Source of the DNA: Takakia lepidozioides
Lineage: Eukaryota; Plantae; Bryophyta
Direction: 5' to 3'
DNA: 64,000 nt
NCBI GenBank assembly: GCA_030704615.1
Contig: CM060731.1
Span: forward strand, 70,184,001-70,248,000
Shown here: positions 46,372-58,639 of the stretch, one piece after another
Position numbering within the stretch: position 1 is the first letter of the stretch
How the letters are laid out: the number at the start of each line of letters is the position of its first letter
Made by a program: the position numbers and the translations under genes
The notes under the pieces: model-generated
Seen by the model: only the letters and a program-made list of their open reading frames with translations
Told to the model about the DNA's origin: nothing
Databases searched by the model: none

Positions 46372-48610
46372 CTAGTAAGACATATAGTAGCTTTGCATGG
46401 GCATTCCCACCCCATAGTGCGGAAAATTAAAAGAATTTTGTGGCACCATACCAGCGATGTAAGGGTTGTTGTAAAGCCTCATAAAGCTTTGTTCTCCATG
46501 CATGCCATCTGCTTGATATTGCTGCCACAGCATCTGCTCTTGCACTAAGAGCTGCTGCTTTTTGGTCATGTCAGCCATTTGCACATATGTTGGTGGAGGG
46601 ATCGGTAGTGAAGCAAGAAATGGATCCTCCCCTCCATCGGGTAATGGCATCCCGCCAGGTGATGCAGGCAGTGCCAAAAAGGCCGACCCTGGCCGAGTGG
46701 GTAAAGCCACACTACTGTAGCTACCTGAAGGAATGGTAGCAGCAGCTTGTTTTTGACGAACAGCTCCCTGCTCGTACATGCTGTCCAAGAGTAGGGGATT
46801 AAACCCACCTGCCATGGTCCCAATTGCTGGTTTAGACAAATTGCTTGCTGAAGCCACCAAAGCAAGCTCCCAGCCTGACTTCCCATTCTCCAATTCATCG
46901 GACTGCGAGGTACTATTGCTCTGCTCAGTAACTTCATCTGTTCCTGGACCAAATGTTTCCCAATTTCTTGATGTGCCAGAAAAGAGGGCAAGAGCAAATT
47001 TGTCCTCCTGCTCTTGTCTGGAGATGGATGATTTCTCCACACTCAGCAGATCTGCATTTCACAATGCTCCATAATCAGAAATTTATAGCTTCAGCATATG
47101 AGGCAGAAAAATGGGGTTAAAATCCTACCTGCAGTTATAAAAGAAACACCAAGATCCACGAAGGGATTAGTCCATTACCTATCCATCCAAAGTTTTGACA
47201 ACAACCTCAAGACACCTGCAGAGACTTGGATATGCCCATAGAATCCCTCTCCAAACCTTGACAACAGTACAAATGACGAATCAAACAGCAGAAAACTGCA
47301 AGATTACCTCCTTCATCCCGTACAGGCTCTGACTGAACCTGAGCAATGTCGGTTGGTGGAGAGGGCATGCTATCAGTTTCTGGTCTGCTTGTGGGGGCTT
47401 CCTGTACAGGGGCTTCAGGTTCAGGTTCAGGTTCAGGTGTTTGTGGCCTATAGGTGAGTTGCAGGGGCTCCGGTTCAGGACTCCTGGGCCTCTGGGAGCG
47501 ACCCCTTAGGAAGTCCTCCAATGTGTCCAGATGCTCTTGTGGAACCTTCTGTACAGTGGGGTACTCAGAAGTCCGACCCACTCCCAAATTCGTGCAAACT
47601 CCATAAAAAGATGCAAGCTCATCGAATTGCTTGGCAGAACGGTTATAGATCTCATATGCTTTGTTACAGTCTTGGTACTCCATGTCAAAGAATCCATCAA
47701 GAAGTATAGTAAGTCCATCACAAATATCTGCGTACAACTGAAAGCTCTCTCTGACCATCGGATACAAGGCAATCTGAACTAGCCGGCTGCTCTTTGCAGC
47801 ACCTGTTGGACGGCATCCAAGCATGCGGTCCATCAGCCGCTGCAATGCAGGAAGTTTTTCCAATAACATTGGTATGTCCATCTCCTTTACTGGCACGTTC
47901 TCCCTCTGCATCTGTCGTTCATCATTATCCCTATTATGCCTGTCGCTATGGTATCGACGATCATCATAATTGTCCCTCTTCTTCTCATAATCCGGCGAGC
48001 GTCTATCACCATACCCAGATGAATTACGATCACCGTAACCAGGGGACTCATCATACCTACCAGGAGATGTACCATAGCTGGATCTACGGACACCATGACC
48101 AGGGGATCCGCCATAGCGAGACCTGCCATGATCTTGCGATGAGCTAGTCACAGAGCAATGCAACTGCTCATCAAGAAACAAAGCATAGGTGCGCACAAAC
48201 GCAGAGTAATCCCATGCATTAGAATGCGATTCATCCCTGAAATGGGAGAGATTCAACACACGCATGCCACGCCTGTTGGCATGCAAAAGTTCTTGCTCAA
48301 AACTGGCATCGCCTTCAAGTAGCAGACGATGTATGAGCATGAGCGACTTAAGAGCCACAATCCAGTTATGTGTCTTTCCCAGCCTCTTCGCCAGCCCTGC
48401 CACGCAGACGTTGATGTAACCCCGAGAGTAGGAAGTCAGATGCAGAATTTCCTGTATATGTTTGTCATTCGCTGGAAGCTCATCGTGGCTTGTGGCTTTC
48501 ACCAAGGCTACATCCAGATCAGGAGCATTTTTGCTCCCCACTTTTGCAAGAGTAATGCTAGTTTGGTCCTTCACAACTCCCAACGCGTTTCGCAGATTGC
48601 CTGGCGCCAT
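46372..48610 (-). CDS. ANTH-domain clathrin assembly protein (AP180/PICALM-like); exons 48610-47308 and 47051-46372
   Basis: MAPGNLRNALGVVKDQTSITLAKV..DLDVALVKATSH..WIVALKSLMLIHRLL..DYSAFVRTYALFLDE; C-terminal WELALV, MAGGFNPLLLDSMY and DPF..PPPTYVQMADM. A phase-1 GT-AG intron at 47307-47052 joins EG/DLLS. Confidence 0.92.
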
Positions 48611-50154
48611 TGCCTGCACCGACGAAACACTAAGTTGGTGCAATTCAAGGGAAGAAAAAGACACCAAGCAAACGAGCATGCAATTGCCGATTCTCTAGTA
48701 TCTGACATTCCACAGTTCCAGCTTACATACCCATAAAGCTCCACAGCCTTTATCGTCAGGATAGCAACAACGTCCTCTAAAAGCTAGTCAAGATCCTTAC
48801 GCTGAGATGCTGCAATTCTGAGGTCCAGCACACAGCACCAATTTACGCCAGGGCCACCACTGCCGATGCTTTGTTTCCCTTGCTGTACAATCAAGATAGT
48901 CTACACCCAATTCAGCGACCTGTCTCCCGATACACACGACCAGACGCCTACAAGCTTCACAACCCAACCCAGCACACAGAGGTGGGCGCTCTCAAATGAC
49001 AGAAATACGGCAGGTGGACATTCTTGGGTTCAGAGTGACACACAAAAAACCCCCAAAAACAACAGAAGGGGACGAGCGAGATGAAGCTCCAGAGAGGAAG
49101 GAAACACAGCTTCCATGAACCAACGAACTTCCGTGTCCCTTCTCAGATAATCCTAGGTTATCAGTTGTCGGTTAGTTAAAGAATCCCGCATACTACAAAC
49201 GATTTCCTCAGTAATATTGAGCATTTAACAGCCGAAGGATTTCTTCGGTGCATGAAATAAAAACAAGGGGTGCCCGAGATTGTCACTCCCCCAACAAGCA
49301 TTCGACAGCAAATCATTCCTTTCAGTTTCGTAGGGAAGCCCAGATCGCTGGTCATTGTTTGACTAAGGTGGCTCTGCGTCTGTGCGCTTTCCTGGAAGGT
49401 GAGGTAGCTGCGTGTTTGATGAGGTGTTGTACGTGAATGCATTCCGTTGCTACAGCTGTATGGTTAGGTGGAGGCGCAAGGGTTGTGAAGCCTTGAATGC
49501 TTACATTAGAAGGGACACAAACCCTTATATGAAGGACCCAAATGAAGTGACTGTACACAAAGAGTGTGAAACAACAAGCGCTGAAGACGAATTGGGAACT
49601 CTGTGGGTCCCCTTGTATAAGGAAAGTAACTTGGGAACGTTCGAGTCCGTCTCTCGCACCCTCAAAAGTTAAGAGAAAAGGAGTTTTAGACCTCTGAGCA
49701 GGATTGAATGATACCCATCCTCTAAAGACTAGCAATTTTGATGTACTAATTTCCTCCTTCTTGCTTTCTTTGATTGTGCTGACTTGGGTCGGGTCATCTC
49801 TCTCTTTTTTGGTTGAGGAAATCGAGTTCTCGAAATGGTTTCCCAAACTTTACTGAAAGGCGTGGAGCTGTAATCAGATGATATCCTTTGCATTGGAGTA
49901 AAGAGGGCTGTCTCAACAAGATGATGTGTCCAGGAATCTTCATTGGTACGTCGTGTAGGAGATGTCGAATTTGAAATCCCAACGGACATGCAAGAGACTG
50001 GAGACGTGGATCTGAGCCAGTCACAGACAGACAGCCTCCAGCCCACCCTCCCTCTTCACGCCAAGTCTCTCATAGATTTTGCAATGTATTCAGATCACTG
50101 TGGATCAAGTTTTCTTCCAAATCTTTAATCATGAGGAGGAGAGAGGTGACAGAT

Positions 50155-53100
50155 TCAGCTGTCCCTGGTCTGGAGGTGGACGAGAGAGTAGTAGGCACCT
50201 CCTTCACCCTTGGCCAGGAGCTCCTCGTGTCTGCCCTCCTCCAAGATAGCCCCATCTTGAAGCACGGCTATGTTATCAGCATTCTGAATAGTTGACAACC
50301 TGCACAGATTGTAGAAACAAACTTACCCGAACTTAGGATCACTGGTTGAACAACATGCCCAACATTACCACCTCTCCTACATATCAGCAAGGACTGAAAT
50401 TGTTCCATACAAGATGAAGCAGAGGGTGTCAAATCCTGTCATAAATGTAGAATCTAACCTGTGGGCAACCACAATAGTGGTTCTTCCAACCATCACACGG
50501 TCCAATGCATCCTGCACCGCACGCTCAGATTCGGCATCCAAGGCACTGGTAGCCTCATCCAGCAGTAATATTGCAGGGCTTTTGAGCACAGCGCGTGCAA
50601 TGGCAATCCGCTGCTTCTGCCCTCCTGAGAGCTGCAGACCGCGCTCACCAGCAGAAGTAGCATATCCATTTGGCAATGCACTGCAAAAGTGTGCAAATTT
50701 TTTGAAAACAAAAACAAAGACATACACATAACGGTCATGCGCTCTACAGTTCGGCCACCTACTCTGTGCCCAGTTTCCGATCCCAAGCTGCAAGAAAATG
50801 GGAGCAAGGGCCCATAGATACAGCTTACATTAAGGTTCTTTATGTCCTTCCCATCAATCGTTATTGTGCCCTGTAGGGGGTCATAGAACCTCTCCAGAAG
50901 TCCAATTATGGTGGACTTTCCTGATCCACTCTGACCAACCATAGCCACGGTTCTCCCTGCTTCCACTTTTAAGGAGAAATTCTTGAAAATCACGACTTCA
51001 GGCCGTGAAGGATAAGCAAAGTGAACATTACAGAGCTCTACATGTCCTTCCACTATATCAAGTTTCTCTGCTACTTTGCTGTCTGCATCAATTAGAGTAT
51101 CTCGATCAAGAATGTCAAAGACTGATGCAATAGCGGTTGTCCCCTTGGCGAGGTCAGGTGTCAGAGCCGCAGCCTCTGCCAGGGTCTGTCCACTGCCCAC
51201 TAGCACAAAGAAGACTTTGAATACGTCACCAAAAGTGGCCAGACTTTTGCTGGCTAGCAAACCTCCATACCAGAAATCCAGCCCCCATGATGCATATAAA
51301 CAGAATTGGGCTACCCCAAGACCAACCCCCGCCACATGTGCCCTGTTCATGGCCTCTCTTCTGGGACCCTCCAGTTTTTTCTCAAAAAGGGTCAGGACCT
51401 GCCAATTCACCAACATTGGAGTGTCAAAGTCATTGGTAATCACCCCAAACAGCTATACAGAGACCCAGTAGTCAACCAGAGACATTGAATGTACTCATAA
51501 GACGTTGTTTGCCGTAGCCTTGTGGCCATTGACCCAGTGCTCACTTTGAGCGGAACACCAAGGGACATAAACTACCTTTCTCAGGGGGCTGACTCTGGTA
51601 GTATGACTTACCTTGAAACAGACAATTAATCCAAGTTTTCCACATATCCTCTGGAAATCCCTTCACACAAGCCTCAATCTGCTGTGTGTGGTTTGCCCAA
51701 TAACTAGGCCCCAAAAGGGCCTGGGCTTTTGGTTCAGCCTCGAGACTTTCAAAGTTGGTAAACAGAGGTTCAGGCACAATTCCCTGGATGGATTTGAAGA
51801 TGGCATCTCTCTCGTGAGAGTACCCAGGAAATGAATCAGAAAATGAATATTGTCTTCAGGTTGCCCACACAACGGGCAATTGCAATCCCTCTTTCCTCTT
51901 TGCATCTGTTTGCTGTTCAAAGGTAGGCTTCCCGCCCTGAGTTTCAATTTCAGTCTAGTGCGGAGGGTGGGTAAACCCTTGAGGCCATCCATGATGGCCT
52001 CTCCCATGTCACAGACTGGAAACAAGTTTAAGGAAGTTTTCTGCCTAACTTCATTTTCATCAGACAATTTCCTGGCAACAGACATGGCTTTGGACACTAC
52101 AGCCTCTAAGTCAGATTTATCCGGCAGGGTCAAGACTTGTGGGCTTATATTCAGATCCTTGAGAATCTCTTCTACTCTCGTCCAAGCCTGCTTGACAGGG
52201 TGATCTTGCTTCCAAGGTATAGAGTCGATTAACTTAGGATATCTGATATTAGACATGTTGCAGCTGACCCAACCATCTGACCTTGAATTCATCTCGTCGG
52301 GAGCTTAAGGAAAGGATGCCAAACTCACCCCGAACAGTCACATTGGCTGTTTTGGAGCATGCTGACATGCACTCCTTAAGCACCCCCACTTGAATGGATT
52401 CTAGAGACTTCGCCTGGTTGGAGTTATCAACCATACTCCAAGGCAGGCAATAACGCGGCAAAGCATGGTTTTTTTTACTTCAGAGTTGTTCCCTCTGCAG
52501 TGGAAAAATTTAGTGACCCAGCGCTTTGCGCTTGCCAGATTGAATGACTTTTTGAATATGTGCATCCCAATTACAGTTGGAGGAAAACTCAACGCCAAGG
52601 TATGTGTAGGAAGGGAAGACCAGAATCTGTTGGCTTCCCCACTGCCACTTGAGATCACCTCCTCCCTCCCCTCGGTCATTGAATGCCACCACTGCGCATT
52701 TACTGACGTTCCCTCTAGCCCCCAAAGTTCAAAGTATCTTTTTGCGCAATCAATCAACTCCTGAAGATTGGAAGGAGTCTCCCAATGGCTGCGAAGTCAT
52801 CCGCAAACATAAGGGCTGGTATGGTGTCATCACCCACCTCAAACCAAATCCGTCACTTTCCACATCCTCGAGGAGTTGATTGATGAAAACATTGAAGAGC
52901 AGAGGGGAGAGGGTACATCCTTGAGCTACACCTTGGTCTATGTCAAAGAAGTGTCTATTAACAGTGACACAGATTTTGGTGTGAGCATACAAGTTATGGA
53001 CCACTCTCCACATCTTTCGCTTGATCCCAGATGACCAGAGTCGGAGCCACAGACCATCTCTCCACACTGTGTCATAAGCCCTTTTCACATCCTAGACAAA

Positions 53101-56100
53101 ATCCACACAGCCCCTGTTTCTCCGAAAGCCAGCTTGGCCTTCGTGGAAACAACCTCTAGATTCCAGACCAACCTCGAGACGAGTACTTATAACTATGCAA
53201 CTATCTTGCCAACTGCATTGAGAAGAGTGATGCCTCCATAGTTCCCCGGCTCTTCTTTGTCACCTTTCTTGTATAGGTTGACAATGACCCCCTGTCGCCA
53301 GCGAAAAGGGATCATTTCAGTCCTCCAGATAAGGTTAAAGAGAAGTGCAAGGGCCTCTATCATGGGCGCCACCATGCTTGATAAGCTCGTTGACTATGCC
53401 ATCAGAGACATTGAACTCAGGGAATACTCTCAGAGAAGTCTGTGCCAAACAGCCAACTGAAGCTTGACCTTGAGTCCTCCAATTTTCCAACAGAACTAGA
53501 TCACCATCACAAACTTCTATTCCTTAGGTTGTTGTCTTGACACACACAGCTTGGAGCAAGGTTGAAAACTCAAGGACATATATATGTTACTGCCTCTGTT
53601 CAGAACCACAGAGACCTAGTCACTGCAAAAGCAGCAAGGAACCTGTGGATGGCATGGTACGATTTGAAGGTGGGTGCTTGTTCTAAATTACACAACAGAA
53701 CTACTGAAATTATTGTTTCACCTTGTCTTGTGATGAGAAAGCAGTGATGGTGCGGTATTGTGCCACTGCCACTTGCCACTTGGGAAGCCTTCTGCTGGGC
53801 TTTGGCAGTCTCCTTGGAAAGATTTGTCAGCAGAATCTTTTTGTAGTAGAGACAGACAATGACGATTGGTTGGATAGCAATGACCACCACTGCCATCCTC
53901 CATGAGATAATGAGGCCTATGAGACAGCTCGAAATGATCGCGCTTGCTGTTCGTACCAGGAGTGAAATCCGATCCCCAACCAGTGACCTCACCTGTCAGG
54001 AATCACCCAGACATTTGAGTAACATTTGAGATTGAAACTGAGACTGTTTCTGGTTTTATTTCACAAAGATTTCATCGAACATTGTGGGGCATCCATCAGC
54101 CACCACCGTGCTAAAGCAAAGGCCCACTATAAATCAGAAGTCGCACTTCAGCTATCCAGTCTAGCGCAACGCTTGTCCGATTGTTCTCGATGCCGCGGAA
54201 AACAAATTTTGTTCACTGGTGGGTGAGAGAATTAAACCTCTCGGTCACCAGAAGAGGGGACGCCTCGAGAATCCAAATCTCTCACCCAAACGTCAGCTGC
54301 AAACGAAAATCACAGAAGAGAAATCGGTAACCCGGAAAATCCAATGTGAGATTTTGCTGGTTTGTAATGTGACAACCCCACGTGGCAGAGAAGGATTTAC
54401 CACGTTAGCGTCAGAAGAAAGACGCGAGCAGACAGCCCCACTGGCATTTTCATCGCGATCGTACCACCCAACCTCGAACTGTAGGATCTTGGCCAACATT
54501 CTCACCCGTATGCGCTTGGTTAAATTCTCACCAAGAGCGGCAAAATAGTAATGCAGTACAATATTGACCACAAACGATCCTACCGCGAGCGCCATAAGCA
54601 CTGCTGCGAAATTCTTGATCTCACGCAACATCTTATGAGAATCTTTGAGGTAAAACACGGCTACCATAGCTCCCAAAACGTAACCATAGAAGGCTTGCAC
54701 AAACCCAAATCCGATTGCCCCCGCAATTCCCAAAAGTCCCTGCTTCCATTCAGGCTTGTTGATATCAGGCGGCGAAATGAGGGCACTTGTGGCTTCTCAA
54801 CTTTGCTTACTTGCTGAGATGGACCCGGAGCCAGAATAGAATCCCCTACTGGAGATAGAGCGGCCTGTATACTTTCAGTAGAGGATTGAGCATTAAGAGT
54901 AGACTGCCTGCTAGAAAGTGTTGATGACGTGCGGGTCCCAGTGTGATCATCAGTTATTCTCATACTGTGAAGTTCAGGCTCATTAATTGAAGCTGAAGGG
55001 ACATCAATTTCCTGGCGAGCCTGTTGCAAGTGGACCAGTGCTGCATATGCTCCTTCTTCCCCTTTGGCCAGAAGCTCCTCATGGTCTCCCATTTCCAACA
55101 CCTGATGGTACTTCATAAGTTTAGAGCTCTAACAAAGCGTCTAGAGGGGATGCAAAGAATGGATCAGTGGAGCAAAAGTCCAGCCAAATCTGGTGAAGGG
55201 CTAGGTATGACAAGCCAAGAACTGCCCTAGCCTGCCAGGTCAACATAAACATTCTGTCCTGTCACATCTCCGAGGGACTATAAACACATTTGTAGACAGA
55301 TTAGTAGCAACGATGATGCACCCAGAGGCTTCAACACACCCATGAGATTTGTAGACGTCAGATCCTGCCAATTCATGAAACTTCAATTTAAGCAGAGAGC
55401 TTGTCTAGCCTTACTCTGCCAGATTGTACAACTGCGATGAGGTCAGCATGGCGGATTGTCGACAGCCTGTGGGCAACTACAACTGTCGTGCGGCCGACTG
55501 CAGCTTTCTCAAGGGCTTCCGGGACCACTTTTTCTGACTCAGCATCCAGAGCACTGGTTGCCTCATCCAGCAGCAGCACGGGCGGTTTTTTGAGCATTGC
55601 ACGGGCAATGGCAATGCGTTGCTTTTGTCCTCCCGACATTTGTACTCCTCTCTCTCCCACCTGCACCAAATGAATGACCAACCAATCTCAGTAATTTCGC
55701 TGGGGACTAAGATCAGTGAATCAATGCAAATGTTGTTTAACCAGGTCGCAGATTTACCTGAGTATCAAATCCATTGGGCAGTTGGGAATGTGTAAGCATT
55801 TGCGCACTTGGCAGCCTCAATCACTTCCTCCATGGAGGCACCATCTTTGCCGTATAGAATGTTCTCCTTTATGGACGTTGAAAACAGGGCAGGCTCTTGG
55901 CTCACGAGCCCAATCTGCCGGCGCAGCCACTTCAGCTGTAAATCCTTGATGTTTACACCGTCAATGAGTACTTCTCCCGCCAATGGATCATAGAATCGTT
56001 CAAGTAATGCTATCACTGTAGACTTCCCTGACCCACTGCTCCCCACTAGCGCCAAGGTAGTTCCTGCATGTCGATCATCCAAAGATGAGCCAAAAGATGA

Positions 56101-58195
56101 GATTCTGAGTAGATTACTGGTGGGATACATCTAAACTTCTTCACCAAGCATTCTAGCAAATTTATACATGTACGATTTTCCAACGTTCTTGATGATCTCT
56201 GCTCTGTATCTCTGCTCTTCCATTCCAAAACGAAGTCCAATTCATTGAGCTTCGTTTGGACAAAATATTCTACTTTCTGACGTCGAAGAAGTGCCTACGA
56301 AAGAATTTCAACCGCTTACCTGCCGGTATTCGCAGACTGAATTGTTGGAAGATAGGTGCTTCCATCCTTGATGGATAGGCAAAGTCGATGTTGCGTAATT
56401 CCAAATCGCCTTTCACTTTATCCAGTATCGTCATCGGCATCAATCGGTGGAACTCGATCTATTAGCTCAAAGATGCGAGATGCAGCTGCACACCCTTCTG
56501 AGAAAGCTTTGAAGTTTGGAGTAGCACCCCCTAACGCCCTGTTACACATAAAGGCTGACTAGATCATGGCTGCTCATTGTCACTTGAGCCACATTCATAA
56601 TTGAACTCGTAAACTGTGATGTTCGACGATCATGATGGGTAAGCAATTGAAGAGGCCATGAGGTGCACAATCCGTCCAAGCATGTGGATTATTAACTCAT
56701 TGAAGTTCAGGTCTCGTATATCTGTTGGCTTTAGGCATACCTTACACAAGACTGCAAACTGGATACAGTTAGAAAGTGCATTATGAACTTCACTAGCTCA
56801 AAGATGTAGACGAGACGTCTACCTCTGCTGCCGTCCTCTGTATACTGATCATAATAACTCGGTTCAAAAGCTAGTCACAGTAAAACCAACCGCACAGTGC
56901 CAATTCTTCTAAATAGACGAGAGAGAATTTCTTACATGCCACCAACGAGTAGAGCAAAACCGGCCGTCACCACATTGGCGCCAGAAGCATTCCCTTTGAT
57001 GACTTGTGTGCTGCCAAACCAAGACATGTATGCCCAAACCGCAAAAATAAGACCAGCAGAGCCTGTTGCTAGACCCTTCGCAAATCCTTGCTTTAATCCC
57101 AGCTCCACCGTGCTGTCCAGGGACTGCGAATATGATTTCACGGAGTTGATCTCCCCCACAAATGAATAAACCGTGCGTACTGATGAGATGGATTCCTCGG
57201 CTATGCCTCCAGCCTTGTTATACGCCACTTGCATCTGCACTGCCAGACTAACGATTGCGTTCTTGTAGAGGGCCGATGGTATCAACAATATGGGGATGAA
57301 GGGAGTGGTGGCCAGGGCCAGTTGCCACGACTCAAAGAACCCCAGACAATAACCACCCACAAATTGGAAAATACAATTCACAGTGTTTCCCACCTGCAGC
57401 CGGTCCAACATGTGACCTCAGACTCAGTTCGCATGGCACAAACATGCACATGATGAACTCTGAATTGTAATTCTTGAATTCATAAAGTCTCCCATCAGTT
57501 CTAATTTTAAGTCAACTAAGATTGCATTGAATCCAACTCGAGCCCAACTCCTACGGCACTACATAGCTAAACTCTTCTGGGAACCTTCCATGTGGATGTC
57601 GTAAGTTCTCAAGCAGAACCAAAACCAACCTTTTCAGCCATGGCCTGCTGAACAAGTAAAGTGTCGGCCGAGACAATCTCCACGACTTGAGCAGTGCCAG
57701 TGCCTTTACTGTCAAAGTAGCCCACATTCTGGCGCAAGATGGCTCGCAAATACTTTGAACGGATTCGTGTTGACTGCCGATTCCCAGTGTGCATCCAGCA
57801 ACTTATTTCTGCGAGTTTCAGTCATCAGAAGTTAAGGACATTGTAAACAAGTGCAAGCTGGTATGTACACATTTCAGCTACATAACATATTTAAGTGTCG
57901 ATGGGTACTCCAGGTTACTAGTGTTCAGATGTGACATATGTCTGAAACATAATAGACATGATCAGGACTTTCAAAAGGGAAAGATTCAGAGCGTCGAGAC
58001 ATATACGTGGTTTCAATGCCAATATTTCAAACCCGAGCTGTGCAATGTCATTTGACCAAGAATACAGATCATCGTTGAGACTGAGAAACTTGAAACTACG
58101 TGTACATGACATGTATTCTTAGGGAAGCGGGTGCAGAATACATACCAAGATAGTTAGTCACAACGCTCGCCATGGCAATGTACACGAAATACGAT
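50155..58195 (-). pseudogene. Full-size ABCB (P-glycoprotein) transporter gene, frameshifted; 5'-most exons not seen
   Basis: Two TMD-NBD halves: [39 protein letters not shown] and [19 protein letters not shown]. Frameshifts near 54755 and 53760. The NBD2 Q-loop exon is absent between 50826 and 50680. Confidence 0.88.
51500..53380 (-). mobile_element. Degenerate non-LTR retrotransposon (RT and C-terminal Zn finger) inside an ABCB intron
   Basis: KKGDKEEPGNYGGITLL, KRAYDTVWRDGLW, GVAQGCTLSPLLFNVFI, YTYLGV and CPLCGQPEDNIHFL, with multiple frameshifts. Confidence 0.85.
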
Positions 58196-58544
58196 GCGGA
58201 CTGCCCCACAAATCATAACCAAATGTAACAAGTCGAGCAAGCTTGAGATCTTAGAATTGTCAGATATGCCAATTTTCCAGAGGAAAACAATTTTCCAGAG
58301 GAATTTTCGCAATATTTCGACCTCAACAAATAAAATGGAATATTTTGTCACAAAATCCCTATTTTCTGACGGATGAGCCAAACTTCTCCAAATAAAATAT
58401 AAATTATGGAAAAATTTACCGAATATGGATGACATATGTGGATGAAAGTTAGAGGAGGATGATTCTATCCAAATTCAGTGGATAAATAGAAGATATGGCT
58501 ATTTCTTGCAAAACTCATTGCAGTAGCCACTCCTGTTTCTTTTT

Positions 58545-58630
58545 TAATTATTATAAAGGGAAACACCTGGGAGCGACAGCTCACAAATCAGGCCCCTTGA
58601 TAGTGAGAGGAGAAAATAACCCTCTTTCAC
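58545..58630 (-). mobile_element. 3' fragment of the same SINE family as 25688-25898
   Basis: Shares GGGAAACACCTGGGA..GCTCACAAATCAGGCCCCTT..TAGTGAGAGGAGAAAATAAC. Confidence 0.75.
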
Positions 58631-58639
58631 TGTAACATC

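Noticed and set aside
49200-50130. Short ORFs between the ANTH and ABCB genes
   Set aside because: No recognisable domain; probably intergenic or decayed repeat.
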